64,000 bases of DNA from an uncultured delta proteobacterium (lineage in GTDB: Bacteria; Desulfobacterota; Binatia; JACPRU01), in the NCBI GenBank assembly GCA_963711395.1, contig CAVQEA010000014.1, positions 113,181 through 177,180 on the forward strand. Reading direction: 5' to 3'. A model generated the notes under the pieces. That model saw nothing but the letters and a program-made list of their open reading frames with translations, searched no databases and had not been told where the DNA came from. Of this stretch, positions 1 through 16,716 are shown one piece after another. The position numbers and the translations under genes were made by a program. Each line of letters begins with the position of its first letter. Position 1 is the stretch's first letter.

Positions 1-1114
<1,114 letters not shown>

Positions 1115-1316
1115 AACGTTATCCTCCGCCTTCCCTCCACCTAAAGCCGCGTCCAGACACGACTTTTATCACCGCCCCGGGCGTATCAAAGTTCACCAGC
1201 GAGAGCAAGGAAAAAGTGTTTCGAAAATCCGACGAGCGTGGAACTGTTAGTCACTGGCTTCCGTCCGACCCACCTAGAGTAACGAACTGTGGCGCGACAA
1301 GTCAAAAACGCGGGCC

Positions 1317-3795
1317 TCACCGGTGAAACAATCCTTCGAGCCCCTTCTTCAGCAGCTCGCGCTCCGGGTGCTTGAGGTCGGGCGTCGGCGTCACGCCGGG
1401 CGCTAGGGGTTTATCCTTGCCGAAGATCCTTTCCAAGCCCTTGCCGAGTACGGCCCGAGACAACGCGCGCGCGATGAACTCACCGTCGGGCTTCGCCTTG
1501 ACCCGCGGCAGTGCGCCCGTCAGGCGAAACGGAATCTCGATCTTCCCCTGGTCGTTGGCGAGGTACTTGGTCTCGCGCACGTCCGCGATGACGTCGTCGG
1601 AAAGCTCCCGCGAGGCGATGAGCGTCGCGCCGAAGTCGAGCTGGTTGTCGAGCGAGTAGGTCCCCTTGCCGACCATCGAGTAGTCGCGCGCCGAGACCGT
1701 CAGATCATCGCTGCGCGCCGTGCCGTCGGCGATCACGACGCTGCCGCCCATCTTGTCGAACTTGGTGTCGCCCGTCTCGAAGAGCTCCGGGTGCTTGGCA
1801 CGCACACGAGGCGAGACCAGGTTCGACAGACCACCGATGCCGGTCACGCTCTGCAGCACTTGATCGGCGATGTTGACGTCCTTGAGCATGCCGTCCTTGA
1901 CGTCGAGACGGCCCTTGCCGTGCAGTTGCGGTTTGATCGCCTCCCATGCTCTTCCCGCGCCGGCCAGCTCGAGATCCGCGTCGAGCCGACCTTCGATGCG
2001 TTGCTCGGAGCCCGGCGACTGGCTCGCCAGCAAGCGCTTCACGTCCATGCCGCGTACGCTGGAGCGAAAGTCGAACTGCGGATTGGCTTTGTCGCGCATG
2101 TCGTAGCGGCCCCCGCCGCTGTACGAGCCGTCGAAGGCGCGTAGCTCGAGCTTGGCGAGGTTCACGATCTGATCGCGCGAGCTCACGTCGGCGCTGAGAT
2201 CTCGATAGTCGAAGTCGCGCAGGCTTCCTTCCGTGGACCGCAAAATCCCCTGGAACTCCTGGGAACCCTTGTCGGCGGAGCGAAACTGGCCGTGCAGATC
2301 GACGCCATGCAGCACTTCGGGCTTCTTTGCCGCGGAGCTCGCGAGGTTGAGCGACGTCGCCGCGAGCTCGGGCGACTTGAGGTCGAAGGTGGCGGCCAGC
2401 GGACGGAAGCTCGCGACTTCGGCTTGCACCGTCACCGGCGATCCGGACAGCTTGAACGTCGTCTGCGGAAGGGTCGCCGAGCTTCCCTTGAGATCGATGC
2501 GCCCATTGAGGTCGTCGATCTCGTAGGGGGACCCGCTCTGCTTGGCGGAGACGCCGATCAACGCCACCGTACCGTTCAACAGTGGCGCCTCGCTCGATCC
2601 CACCTTGCCCGTCGCCCGCACGTGCACTTCGGCGGTGCCCGACACCTGGTGGCCGGCGAACGCGGGGAGCATCTTCTCCCAGCCCGCCAGCGGAGCGTTC
2701 TTGCTGTCGATCTGAAAATCCAGCGCACCGCCTCGGACGTTTTCGAGGCTGCCTTTGGCGGTGAGATTCAGCTCGGCGAGGCGCAACGCCAGAACTCTTC
2801 ACGTCGATCGTGGTGGCGGCGCGCTCGGCTAGAAGGTCGATCTTCAGCGGCACGCCCTTCGGCTTCTGGAACGATTGACCGTAGCGGATCGCCGCGTCGC
2901 TGCCGTCGACCTTCGCCTCCACCTTGAGGCGCTCGCCGAGCGAGCCTGACACCTTTGCGGTGAGCGACACCGGATCCCCGGACGAGAGCTCCAGCGGCAG
3001 CGACTTGGACAGCGCCTCGACTTTCCTCAGGTTGTCGAGAACTACGGGGCCGACCTGGATCGACAGATCGAGCGGCGCCATACGCACGTTCGGTGGCGAG
3101 CCGATCGGTCCGACGGAACCCTCGACGCGCACGTTCTGCTTGTCCGCGCCGAATAGCGCGGTCGCCATCCTCAGTCGGATCGGGTGATCGACGCTCACGT
3201 CGGAGGCGGAGAAATCGAGGTCGCCCACTCGGAGGTCGCTTGGCGGGCTCGTGGTCCGATCGACGTAGCGGAGCTGCCCTTTGTCGATGTCGACGAGGGA
3301 CACCAGGAATGCGGTCTGTTCCGCTCGCGACCTCCGCTCGGCCGGCGGCTTGGCGGCGGGCGGCGGCGTCGGGCGCCGCCTGCGGCGACTCCGCACCTTT
3401 GGCTTCTTGCCGATCGAATCGTAGTTGAAGCCTTCGTTCGTGCGAATGATCGACACCTCGGGCTTCACGAGCACGACGCGCTTCACCTCGTAGCGACCGA
3501 ACAGCGCCGGCCATAGACGGATCGATACCTGGACTTCACCGGCCTTCAGGAAATCGTTCGTCGAGAACGGCGGGATCGTCGGCGATCGTCAGGTCCTTGA
3601 TGCGCGCACCGAAGCCGCCGAAGAGCTGCACGCCGATCTCGCTGAAGGTCACCTTGCGGCCGAGCGCGCTGGTCGATCTGGCCCGCGAGCCAGTCCTTGT
3701 TCCGGTTCAGGTAGGAGTTGAGATTCGTGAGCGCGAGCGCCACCGCGCCGCGATCACAGCGAGAATCACTCCGAGAATGATCCACTTGCGCATTC
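1317..3795 (-). CDS. AsmA-family outer-membrane biogenesis protein. It is about 820 aa once the frameshifts are bridged.
   Basis: The N-terminus MRKWIILGVILAVIAA...ALALTNLNSYLNRNKDWLAGQID is typical of the AsmA N-terminal domain. The C-terminal 489-aa ORF 1317..2786 matches the AsmA-like C-terminus. A 5-bp insertion is seen near 3740, with further shifts near 2790 and 3490. Confidence 0.75.
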
Positions 3796-3849
3796 GTCAA
3801 GCTCCTCCGTCGAGTGTTCAACACCCGCGGCGTCGTCGATCTCTCGGGC

Positions 3850-4095
3850 CTACTTCCTGCGAAACAACGCGTCGAGCTTGGTTCGGGCCGTCGCTCGCCA
3901 GACTACCGTTGTGCGCGGCGCGGACGAGAGGCGGAAATAGTCGCAAAAGTTTCCCTGCTCCTTGTCGGCCACCACCTCGGCGTTCGGCTCGCGGCAATCG
4001 TTGTGCGCGCCCGGCTCGTAGAATTCGCAGTTCCGGCAGCAGTGGAGGTAGGCGCCGCAACGCTCGCAGACGTCGCGCACGCCGACCGCGCTCAT
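3850..4095 (-). CDS. Small Cys-rich hypothetical protein (81 aa), with CxxC ... CCRNCxxYxxxxHNDC motifs suggesting a zinc-ribbon.
   Basis: Intact ORF between the asmA start and the hydrolase end. The cysteine spacing looks like a metal-binding ribbon. I do not recognise a named family. Confidence 0.4.
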   Translation of the reverse strand: MSAVGVRDVCERCGAYLHCCRNCEFYEPGAHNDCREPNAEVVADKEQGNFCDYFRLSSAPRTTVVWRATARTKLDALFRRK

Positions 4096-4139
4096 CGGCG
4101 ACTTCGGCGCCGCAGCGCTGACAGGCTCCCCTCATGCCA

Positions 4140-4922
4140 GCCCCGTTCCTCGCCAAGTGACGCTCGAGCCAGGCGGCACAGTCCTCGAGCAGGGTCTCGA
4201 GATCGGACGGCTCGAGAAGCGGTGATCCGCCCCGGGGTAGATCTTCAGGGCGATGCTCGCCGCCGAGCGCGGCGGCGATTTCCTCGGCGTCGGAGCACGG
4301 CACGACGCGATCCGCGTCGCCGTGAGCGAGAAACGTCGGGCAAGCGATCTTCCGGCACGCGCCGATCACGTCGAGCGTTTCGACGTCGTCGAGAAACGAT
4401 CGCTTCAAGCGCACGCCGCCGAGCGACAAGATTCCTTCCGTCCGCCAGCGCTCGAGCTCGGCCGGACGAAGCTCGGCCAGCGACGCGGGCGGGGTGCGCG
4501 ACCGCGGCGATCGTCGCCAGCGCGCGCACGCGCGGCTCCGCCGCCGCGAACAGCAGCGCCACAGCCCCCCCCATGCTCGAGCCGAGGAGACCGATCGGCC
4601 CGCCGACTCGCGTGCGAAAGAAATCCCAGGCGCCGACGAGGTCGTCGACTTCGCCGCGAAACGTCAGATCCGCGAATTCGCCCTCGGACTCGCCGACGTA
4701 GGAGAAGTCGAAGCGCAGGACGGACATGCCGGCCCTCGACAGTCGTTCACCGAGGAGCCTTTGCTTCGCTCCGTCCTTCGTCGACTCCATGCCATGGCAG
4801 AGAATCACGCCGGCAGGGGAACCGGCGGCGCCTTCGCCGGCCGCGGTGTGAACGACGCCCACGAGGCGGTTGCCGCGGCGGCTCGCGAAGGCTACGCGTT
4901 CTTCAGCCTGCATTGCTGCCAC
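4140..4922 (-). CDS. Alpha/beta-fold hydrolase. The C-terminal boundary is uncertain because of a frameshift near 4430.
   Basis: ILCHGMESTKDGAKQRLLGERL ... GLLGSSMGGAVAL is the nucleophile-elbow GxSxG motif. It is followed in another frame by AHGDADRVVPCSDAEEIAAALGGEHR, the conserved His/Asp region. Confidence 0.7.
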
Positions 4923-4978
4923 GCAGCGGCACAGCTACCATAGGCTCGCGCACGCGGCTATTCCCGCAAGGGCACGTG

Positions 4979-5872
4979 TCATGCGCGAGGAGATCGAACT
5001 CTACATGCACCACCTGCGCGCCGAGCGGCACGTCTCTCCGCACACGCTGCGGAGCTACCGAAGCGACCTCGAGGAGTCTGCGGACGTTTCTCGCTCCGGA
5101 CGGCCCGAAGCCCGGCGACGTCACGCGTCGGGAGGGTCTCGATCGACGATCTGCGGGCCTACGCGGCCGCGAAGCTCCGCTCGCTCACGGCGCGCGACCG
5201 TGTCTCGGAAGGTGGCGGCGATCCGCGGCTTCTTTTCGTTTCTCGTCGGCTCCGGCAAGATCCGCCGTAACCCCGCCGCCGAGCTCGTCGCCCCGAAGAT
5301 CGAGAAGCGGCTACCGGTCTTCCTGCCGATCGACGATACCGAGCGCCTGCTGAACGGCATGAACGGACGGCGATGCCTGGGCCGAGCGCGACCGCGCCAT
5401 CCTCGAGGTGCTCTACTCTTCGGGGCTGCGCGTGAGCGAGCTCGTCGGCCTCGACTGGGAGCACGTCGACGTCGAGAACGACTGCGTGCGCGTCGCTCGG
5501 CAAGGGCCGCAAGGAGCGCGTCGTGCCGGTCGGCGGCTCGCCCTCGACGCGCTGCGACGCTTACCGCAGCGCGCTCGCGCGACGCTCGGCATCGACGCCG
5601 AGCCGCCGTCTTCCTCAACCGCCGCGGCGGGCGGCTGACGACGCGCAGCGTGGCCCGCTTCGTCAAGCGCTACGCGCTGCGCTCCGGCACCCCGGCCGCG
5701 GCGAGCCCGCACGCGCTGCGCCACAGCTTCGCCACCCACCTGCTCGGCCGGCGCCGACCTGCGCGCCATCCAGGAGCTGCTCGGCCACGCGAGCCTCTCG
5801 ACGACGCAGCGCTACACGCACGTGAACCTCGACCATCTGATGGAGGCCTACGACCGGCGCACCCCGGCGTGA
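4979..5872 (+). CDS. xerC: Tyrosine recombinase XerC/XerD family, with apparent frameshifts.
   Basis: [32 protein letters not shown], then [28 protein letters not shown] in a second frame, then [12 protein letters not shown]...[17 protein letters not shown] in the first frame. The catalytic R-H-R-Y tail is present. Confidence 0.85.
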
Positions 5873-5924
5873 GGCGGACGCGGGACTCGCCCTGCGACCT
5901 CTCCGCCACGCGCGGCGAGCCGCG

Positions 5925-6458
5925 TTCACGGCACCACGATCCTCGCCGTGCGCCACAAGGGCCACGTGGTGATGGCCGGCGACGGCCAGGTGACCCTCGG
6001 CCAGACGGTCGATGAAGCGCAACGCGCGCAAGGTGCGCCGCCTCTTCGAGGGCAAGGTGCTCGCCGGCTTCGCCGGCGGCACGCGCCGACGCGCTTCACG
6101 CTCTTCGAGAAGTTCGAGGCGAAGCTCGAGCAGTACCACGGCAACCTGCGGCGCGCCGCCGTCGAGCTCGCGAAGGACTGGCGCACCGACCGCGTGCTGC
6201 GCCGCCTCGAGGCGCTGCTCGATCGTCGCCGACCGCGACGCGTCGCTGCTCATCTCCGGCACCGGCGACGTCATCGAGCCCGACGACGGCGTCATCGCCA
6301 TCGGCTCGGGCGGCAACTACGCGCTCGCCGCCGCGCGCGCGCTCGTCGCGCACACCGCGCTCGACGCGCGCGCCATCGCCGAGGAGGCGATGCGCACGCC
6401 GCGGCGCATCTGCGTCTACACCAACGACCCGCTCGTCGTCGAGGAGCTCACGGCGTAG
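5925..6458 (+). CDS. hslV: ATP-dependent protease subunit HslV. The start codon is not resolved and the frame carries small insertions.
   Basis: [26 protein letters not shown]...KVLAGFAGG...[42 protein letters not shown]...[17 protein letters not shown] is spread across three frames. Confidence 0.85.
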
Positions 6459-6527
6459 GATGCACGCCGATGGCCGAACGCGCTACCGCAGATCGGGCGA
6501 AGACGAGGCTCCGCAGAGCGTGCGCCG

Positions 6528-7885
<1,358 letters not shown>

Positions 7886-7967
7886 ACGACGACCGCCTCG
7901 AGACCAGCTCGGCGTGTCGACTCGCTCGCCAAACGGGATACTGCATCGCTGTCGCGAGACGGTCGAG

Positions 7968-8908
<941 letters not shown>

Positions 8909-8912
<4 letters not shown>

Positions 8913-10131
8913 CCAACGCGCGAGATCATCGCGCGCGACCGACCGCTACTCAGGTCGGCGTCTACGCCCGCGCAGCCGCGTCGCGTTCGTGCGCGGCGAG
9001 GGCGCGCGCGTCTGGGACGCCGACGGCAAGCAGTACCTCGACTTCTTCGCCGGCACTCGCCGTCACCAACCTCGGCCACCGCCACCCGCGCGATCGTCGC
9101 GCGCGATCCGCGACGCAGGCGCGCAAGCTCCTGCACGTCTCGAACCTGCACTACAGCGAGCCGCAGGCGCGGCTCGCCGAGCTGCTCGTGCGAGCACTCG
9201 TTCGCCGACCGCGTCTTCCTCTGCAACAGCGGCGCCGAGGCCAACGAGGCGGCGATCAAGCTGGCGCGCACGCTACGGCGCACGACCAGCGGCGACGGCC
9301 GCTTCGAGATCCTCACCGACGCTCGGCTCGTTCCACGGCCGCACGCTCGCGACGCTCACCGCGACCGGCACAGGAGAAGGTACCGCGTCGGCTTCCAGCC
9401 GCTGCTCCCGGGCTTCCGCTACGTCCCCTTCGACGACGTCGCCGCGCTCGACGCGGCGCCGTGCGCCGCGAGACCGTCGCGATCCTGCTCGAGCCGATCC
9501 AGGGCGAGGGCGGCGTCGTCGTGCCGCGCCGCGAGCTATCTGCGCGCAGCTGCGCGCGCTCTGCGACCGAGCAGCGGCCTGCTGCTGATCTTCGACGAGG
9601 TCCAGACCGGCATGGGCCGCACCGGCACGCTCTTCGCCTACGAGCAGACCGGCATCGCGCCCGACATCATGACGCTCGCCAAGGCGCTCGGCGGCGGCGT
9701 GCCGATCGGCGCCATGCTGACGACGCGAGGCGATCGCCGCCGCGCTTCGACGCCGGGCGCGCACGGCTCGACCTTCGGCGGCAACGCCGCTCACCTGCGC
9801 CGCCGGCGTCGCCGTGCTCGAGACGCTGCTGCGACGACGGCGTGCTCGCGCAACTGCCGCGCGATGGGCGAGCGACTTCCGCGAGCGGCCTCGACGCGCT
9901 CGCCGCACGCAGCTGCCGATGATCCGCGACGTGCGCGGCCGCGGCCTCCTGCTCGGCGTCGAGCTCGACCGGCCCGGGCGCCGCCGGTCGTCGACGCGCT
10001 GCCTCGACGCGCGGCCTGCTCATCAACTGCACCGCCGACAACGTGCTGCGCTTCGCTGCCGCCGCTCATCGATCACGCGCGGCCGAGATCGACGAGGGCC
10101 TCGGCGATCCTCGAGCGAGGTGCTCGCGCGC

Positions 10132-10135
<4 letters not shown>
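8909..10135 (+). CDS. argD: Acetylornithine aminotransferase (class III PLP aminotransferase), frameshifted.
   Basis: [112 protein letters not shown]. Confidence 0.85.
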
Positions 10136-11111
<976 letters not shown>

Positions 11112-11112
11112 G

Positions 11113-12338
<1,226 letters not shown>

Positions 12339-12349
12339 CTGGACTAGCG

Positions 12350-12688
12350 ATGGCCACGCGCAGCTTCAGGCCGAGCCGGCATCGACGATCGCCCGGCGCC
12401 GCCACGGACGTCGATGCCGTGATCCGCGAAGTGAAGGAGCAGGCGCGGGTGCGCGGAGAGGACTATCGCGCGCGCTCGCTCGCGCTGCACGGTTGGATCT
12501 GCGCGCGCTGCGCCCGCGAGTTCGACGAGAAGAACCTCCATCTACTGACCGTCCATCACAAGGACGGCAACCACGACAACAACCCCCGGGGCGGCAGCAA
12601 CTGGGAGAACCTCTGCGTCGATTGCCACGAAGCCGAGCACACCAAGGGGTTGCTCGGCGACTACTTGCAAGGAAAGCCCCCGAGGTGA
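12350..12688 (+). CDS. yajD: YajD-like HNH endonuclease-family protein (112 aa), intact.
   Basis: ICARCAREFDEKNLHLLTVHHKDGNHDNNPRGGSNWENLCVDCHEAEH is the HNH/zinc-finger signature of the conserved YajD family. Confidence 0.75.
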   Translation: MATRSFRPSRHRRSPGAATDVDAVIREVKEQARVRGEDYRARSLALHGWICARCAREFDEKNLHLLTVHHKDGNHDNNPRGGSNWENLCVDCHEAEHTKGLLGDYLQGKPPR

Positions 12689-12752
12689 CACCTTGACACG
12701 GTTCGGCGGCCGTTCGTTGCTCGCATCGATCCGCTGACGGGAGGGCGTTGCC

Positions 12753-13815
12753 ATGGCGATCAATCCTGACAAAGTCCACGAGTTCGTGAACAAGGCAGTC
12801 GGCGATCTCGGCGCCGCCGTCGGTGCCGCGCTCGTGGTGATCGGCGACAAGCTCGGGCTCTACAAGGGCTTGAACGAAGGGCCCGCCACTTCGGAGGAGC
12901 TCGCCAAGCGCACCGGCACCGCCGAGCGCTACGTGCGCGAGTGGCTCGCCGCGCAGGCCGCCGGCGGGCTACGTCAGCTACGACGCGAAGGCGGGTCGCT
13001 ACTTCCTGACCGAAGAGCAGGCCGAGTGCTTGACCAACGAGGAGAGCCCGGCGTGCGTGGTCGGTGGATTCCAGGCGATGGTCGCCGCCATGCGCACGTC
13101 ACCCGAAGGTCATGGAGGCGTTCCGTACGGGAAAGGGCGTGGGCTGGCACGAGCACGAGCCGGATCTCTTCCGCGGCACCGAGCGCTTCTTCCGGCCGGG
13201 TTACAACGCCAACCTGGTGAGCTCGTGGATCCCGGCGCTCGAAGGCGTTCGCGAGAGGCTCGAGGCGGGAGCCGCCGTCGCCGACGTCGGTTGCGGACAC
13301 GGCGCCTCGACGATCATCCTCGCCAAGGCGTTCCCGAAATCGCAAGTTTCACGGGTTCGACTACCACCGGCCCTCGGTCGAGGCCGCCACCGAGCGCGCC
13401 CGCGCAAGCCGGCGTCGCCGACCGCGCGAGCTTCGAGGTCGCCTCGGCCAAGGATTACCCCGGGACGTACGATCTCGTCGCCTTCTTCGATTGCCTGCAC
13501 GACATGGGCGACCCCGTCGGCGCCGCCGCGCACGTTCGTGAGTCGCTCAAGCCAGACGGCACGTGGATGCTCGTCGAGCCGTTCGCCGGCGACCGCGTCG
13601 AGGACAATCTGAATCCCGCTCGGCCGGATCTTCTACTCCGCTTCGACGCTGGTCTGCTGCCCCGCTTCGCTGTCGCAGGAGGTGGGCGCAGCGCTCGGCG
13701 CGCAGGCGGGCGAAGCGCGCCTGCGCGAGGTGATGAAGAAGGCCGGCTTCCGCCGCTTCCGGCGCGCGACGGAGACCCCGTTCAATCTGGTCTTCGAGAT
13801 CCGTCCTCTAGGCGA
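12753..13815 (+). CDS. Class I SAM-dependent methyltransferase with an N-terminal winged-helix dimerisation domain (Rv2258c-like small-molecule methyltransferase type). It is frameshifted and the 3' end is uncertain.
   Basis: DVGCGHGASTIILAKAFPKSQ matches motif I (GxGxG). YDLVAFFDCLHDMGDPVGAAAHVRESLKPDGTWMLVEP matches the post-I motifs. The N-terminus AINPDKVHEFVNKAVGDLGAAVGAAL is a wHTH. Segments lie in three frames. Confidence 0.7.
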
Positions 13816-13824
13816 CGCCGCATC

Positions 13825-14568
13825 TTACGACTGCAAGTGCTTCTTCAAGAACGCCTTGGTGCGTTCCCAGGCGAGCTTCGCCGCTTCCTCGTCGTAGTCG
13901 GCCCGCTCGCGGCAGAAGAAGCCGTGGCCGGCACCCTTGTAGACGTGGATCTCGAAGTCCTTGCGCGCCCGCTGCAACGCCTGACGAATCTCTTCGACGG
14001 CGGTGAGCGGAATGTACGCGTCCTTCTCGCCGAAGTGGAGCTGAACGGCGCCACGGATCTTGTCCGCCAGTGAAATCGGCGCCGTGGCCCCTGGGGACAT
14101 CTGCTGCCCCGCGATGCCGCCGCCGTAGAACGGTACGGCCGCGCGGATCGCCGGCACCTCGCAGGCGGAGAGGAAGCTCACGCGCCCGCCCATGCAGAAG
14201 CCGGTGATGCCGATGCGATCGGCCTTCACGCCGGAGTCGGCTTCCAGCGCGGCGACCGCGGCGCGCACGTCGGTGACGATCTGCGCATCGGTCCAGCGCA
14301 TCATCAGACCGATGGCGTCCTGCAGCTCGCCGTAGCCGACGGCCTTGCCGCCCTCGCGGTAGTAGAAGTTCGGCGCCATCGCCTGATAGCCCTCGGCGGC
14401 GATACGTTCGGCGATGTCCTTGATGTTGTGATTCAGCCCGAACGCCTCCTGGACGACGATCACGGCGGGTAGCTTGCCGCTCGCACCCTGTGGGCGCGCG
14501 ACGTGGGCGGCCATGGCGCCATCGGGCGTCTGGATGCTGGCACTGCGAGTTTCGACGTTCATGGGCAT
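13825..14568 (-). CDS. Dienelactone hydrolase family protein (247 aa), intact.
   Basis: GITGFCMGGRVSF nucleophile elbow, HFGEKDAYIP, HGF. Typical dienelactone-hydrolase length and layout. Confidence 0.8.
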   Translation of the reverse strand: MPMNVETRSASIQTPDGAMAAHVARPQGASGKLPAVIVVQEAFGLNHNIKDIAERIAAEGYQAMAPNFYYREGGKAVGYGELQDAIGLMMRWTDAQIVTDVRAAVAALEADSGVKADRIGITGFCMGGRVSFLSACEVPAIRAAVPFYGGGIAGQQMSPGATAPISLADKIRGAVQLHFGEKDAYIPLTAVEEIRQALQRARKDFEIHVYKGAGHGFFCRERADYDEEAAKLAWERTKAFLKKHLQS

Positions 14569-14750
14569 CCTCCTGTTTCGGGACCGACCGTGCTTCGAAT
14601 CGACCTAGCGTATTCGAGCCGGCGCGCCAACCGCGCTTCGAGCACGACATGATCGCTTGACTCGCACGGGGCGAACGGTTACTCGCCAGTCTCGGGGCGA
14701 CACCGGAAGCGGGCGCTCGCACGCGGCGCGACAGGAAGGAGGGTTCGGGG

Positions 14751-15194
14751 ATGAGTGAGCCACTGTCGACGGAGCGAACATTCTTCAACGCCGGCACGCA
14801 CATCGAAGGGACTCTGGAGCTCGATGGCGAGGTCAAGCTCGAGGGCCAGATCAAAGGTAAGGTCAGTGGAAACGGCGTGATCATCATCGGCGAGCGCGCC
14901 GATCTGCAGGCGGACGTCTTCGCGACTTCGATCGTCGTACACGGCAAGGTGCGTGGTCAGATGCATGCCAGCGATCGTCTCGAGCTTCACCGCACCGCGC
15001 AGGTCAAGGGCATGATTCAAGCGGCGCGCATCCGCATCGACGAGGGTGCGGCGTTCGAGGGCGAGTGCCGCATGACGGCCAAGGATGCGGCGAAAAGCGA
15101 CGAGAAGCACCCTGCTCCCGTGACGCGGACCCCGCCGACGACGGGGTCCCCTGCCACCACGCCAATCCCTCCCAAGACGGCGCTCCCGAGCTAG
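14751..15194 (+). CDS. Bactofilin (DUF583 / CcmA family) cytoskeletal protein with a Pro/Thr-rich C-terminal tail.
   Basis: The repetitive beta-helical VxGxV pattern (IEGTLELDGEVKLEGQIKGKVSGNGVIIIGERADLQADVFATSIVVHGKVRGQMHASDRLELHRTAQVKGMIQAARIRIDEGAAFEGE) is the bactofilin domain. Confidence 0.85.
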   Translation: MSEPLSTERTFFNAGTHIEGTLELDGEVKLEGQIKGKVSGNGVIIIGERADLQADVFATSIVVHGKVRGQMHASDRLELHRTAQVKGMIQAARIRIDEGAAFEGECRMTAKDAAKSDEKHPAPVTRTPPTTGSPATTPIPPKTALPS

Positions 15195-15222
15195 CTTGTC
15201 TCGGGGCCGCCGCCCGAGCACC

Positions 15223-15633
15223 TCACGACGGCGTCGAAACGATCGACGTCCCGCCGGGACCGGCTTCGACCTCGCGTAGCCTCTCGTCGCGCTCACGGCG
15301 GAGATCGGCGATCAGGCTATCGCGACGAGAGAGCTCGGCCTCGAGCCCCTGGGTACGGATCTCGAATTGTCGCAGCATGCCGATCTCCTGCACCGCGGCG
15401 GTGAGTCTGCGCTCGAGCCGGCCGCGTGCCAAGCGGAGCCGACGGATCTCGCGCTCGAGCGCCGCGATGGCTTTGCGGTCGGTCGGCACCGTCGGCTTCG
15501 CGCGCCTCGTCCGCTTGGCCTTCCTCGGCGCCTGCGCGCGCTTCGGCGCGCGGCGGGGGCTCGGCCTTTCCCTCCGCTTCGGCGCCGGACGCTTGGACGA
15601 CTTGCCGCGGCGGCGTGGCTTCATCGAACCCAT
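15223..15633 (-). CDS. Hypothetical protein with a highly basic (K/R/P-rich) N-terminus and a coiled-coil C-terminal half. It converges on the bactofilin gene.
   Basis: The 136-aa ORF has an N-terminal 60 aa that is >40% K/R, then heptad-like AIAALEREIRRLRLARGRLERRLTAAVQEIGMLRQFE. There is no family match I can assert. High GC means it could be spurious. Confidence 0.35.
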   Translation of the reverse strand: MGSMKPRRRGKSSKRPAPKRRERPSPRRAPKRAQAPRKAKRTRRAKPTVPTDRKAIAALEREIRRLRLARGRLERRLTAAVQEIGMLRQFEIRTQGLEAELSRRDSLIADLRRERDERLREVEAGPGGTSIVSTPS

Positions 15634-15689
15634 TTTTTACTGTGGATGCTCTGCTGCCGGCAAGCACGAAATCCGCGAGAGGTCGGTGC

Positions 15690-16691
15690 TCAGTAGATCG
15701 GCGGCGCGCCCGGCGGGCGCGTCCGCCAGCGCTTGTGCATCCAGATCCACTGTTCCGGATGCGCGCGTACCATGCCCTCGAGCACGCGATTGAAACGGCC
15801 GGTGTTCTCCACCGTGTCGGCGGCGCGGTCGCCGCTTCGCACGGTCTCGACCCGCGGCAGGATGACGACCCGGTGGCTCGCCGAGTCTCCTTGGCGCACG
15901 AGGAACACGGGGTAAACGGGCGCCCGCGACAGCTCGTGCAGACGCGCGAGCCCGGGGTGCGTCGACGCCGGCACGCCGAAGAAGTCGGCGAACACGCCCC
16001 AGCGGCCCGTCGCATTCTGATCGAACGGGATCGCCACGATGCCGCCACTGCGCAGCACGCGGACGATCTGGGGCGCGGCCCGCCGCTTGGAAATCAGCGT
16101 CGTCCCCGACCGTTGCCGCTCGGCGTTGACGAAGGCGTCGAAGCGCGGGTTGCGAAACGGCCGATGTACGAGATGGACCGGATTGCCGTAGAGCCCGATC
16201 GCGTGCGCGAAGAGCTCCCAGTTGCCGAAGTGACCGGTGAGCACGAGGATGCCGCTCGAGGCGATGATGCGCTGCGCCTCGCCGTGCCAGAACCCGGGAT
16301 CCTCGAACGTCACGCGCTCGGCGACGTTCGCTGCGGTCAACCGGTGCATGTGGCACCACTCGGCGGCGATGCGCCCGAAGTTGCGACACGATTCGCGGAG
16401 GATCGCCAGCCGCTCGCTGTCGCGCTTCTCCGGAAACGCGATTCGCAGGTTCACCATGGCGGTCTTGCGCTGCGGCAGAGCCACCGCGTAGGCGACGTCG
16501 CCGAGCCGCTCGCCGACCCGGAAGGCGGTTTCGAATCGCAGACGCCGGAGCAGGCTCACCGGCACGGAGAAGGCGAGGAACTCTAGCCTGGCGGCGAGTG
16601 GTGACGGCGGACGGGGCAACCGCGCCTCGTTTAGCGCCCGCGGCTGGTCGCCGCAACCACCGGAAATTGGGCGACCTCTTCCGGCTGTCAT
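15690..16691 (-). CDS. Lipid A biosynthesis lauroyl/myristoyl acyltransferase (LpxL/HtrB family). The true start is probably internal.
   Basis: LEFLAFSVPVSLLRRLRFETAFRVGERLGDVAYAV...VLTGHFGNWELFAHAI (HX4D-type acyltransferase motif), IVAIPFDQNATGRWGVFADFFGVPASTHPGLARL. Confidence 0.8.
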   Translation of the reverse strand: MTAGRGRPISGGCGDQPRALNEARLPRPPSPLAARLEFLAFSVPVSLLRRLRFETAFRVGERLGDVAYAVALPQRKTAMVNLRIAFPEKRDSERLAILRESCRNFGRIAAEWCHMHRLTAANVAERVTFEDPGFWHGEAQRIIASSGILVLTGHFGNWELFAHAIGLYGNPVHLVHRPFRNPRFDAFVNAERQRSGTTLISKRRAAPQIVRVLRSGGIVAIPFDQNATGRWGVFADFFGVPASTHPGLARLHELSRAPVYPVFLVRQGDSASHRVVILPRVETVRSGDRAADTVENTGRFNRVLEGMVRAHPEQWIWMHKRWRTRPPGAPPIY

Positions 16692-16716
16692 CGGCTTGTT
16701 CTAACGTGTTCGCGTC

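Noticed and set aside
12350-13815. HNH endonuclease next to a methyltransferase, considered as a possible restriction-modification or defence pair
   Set aside because: The HNH protein is the conserved housekeeping YajD type. The methyltransferase has a small-molecule-type fold with an N-terminal wHTH dimerisation domain and no DNA-methyltransferase motifs (no DPPY/PC-ENV). They are simply adjacent.
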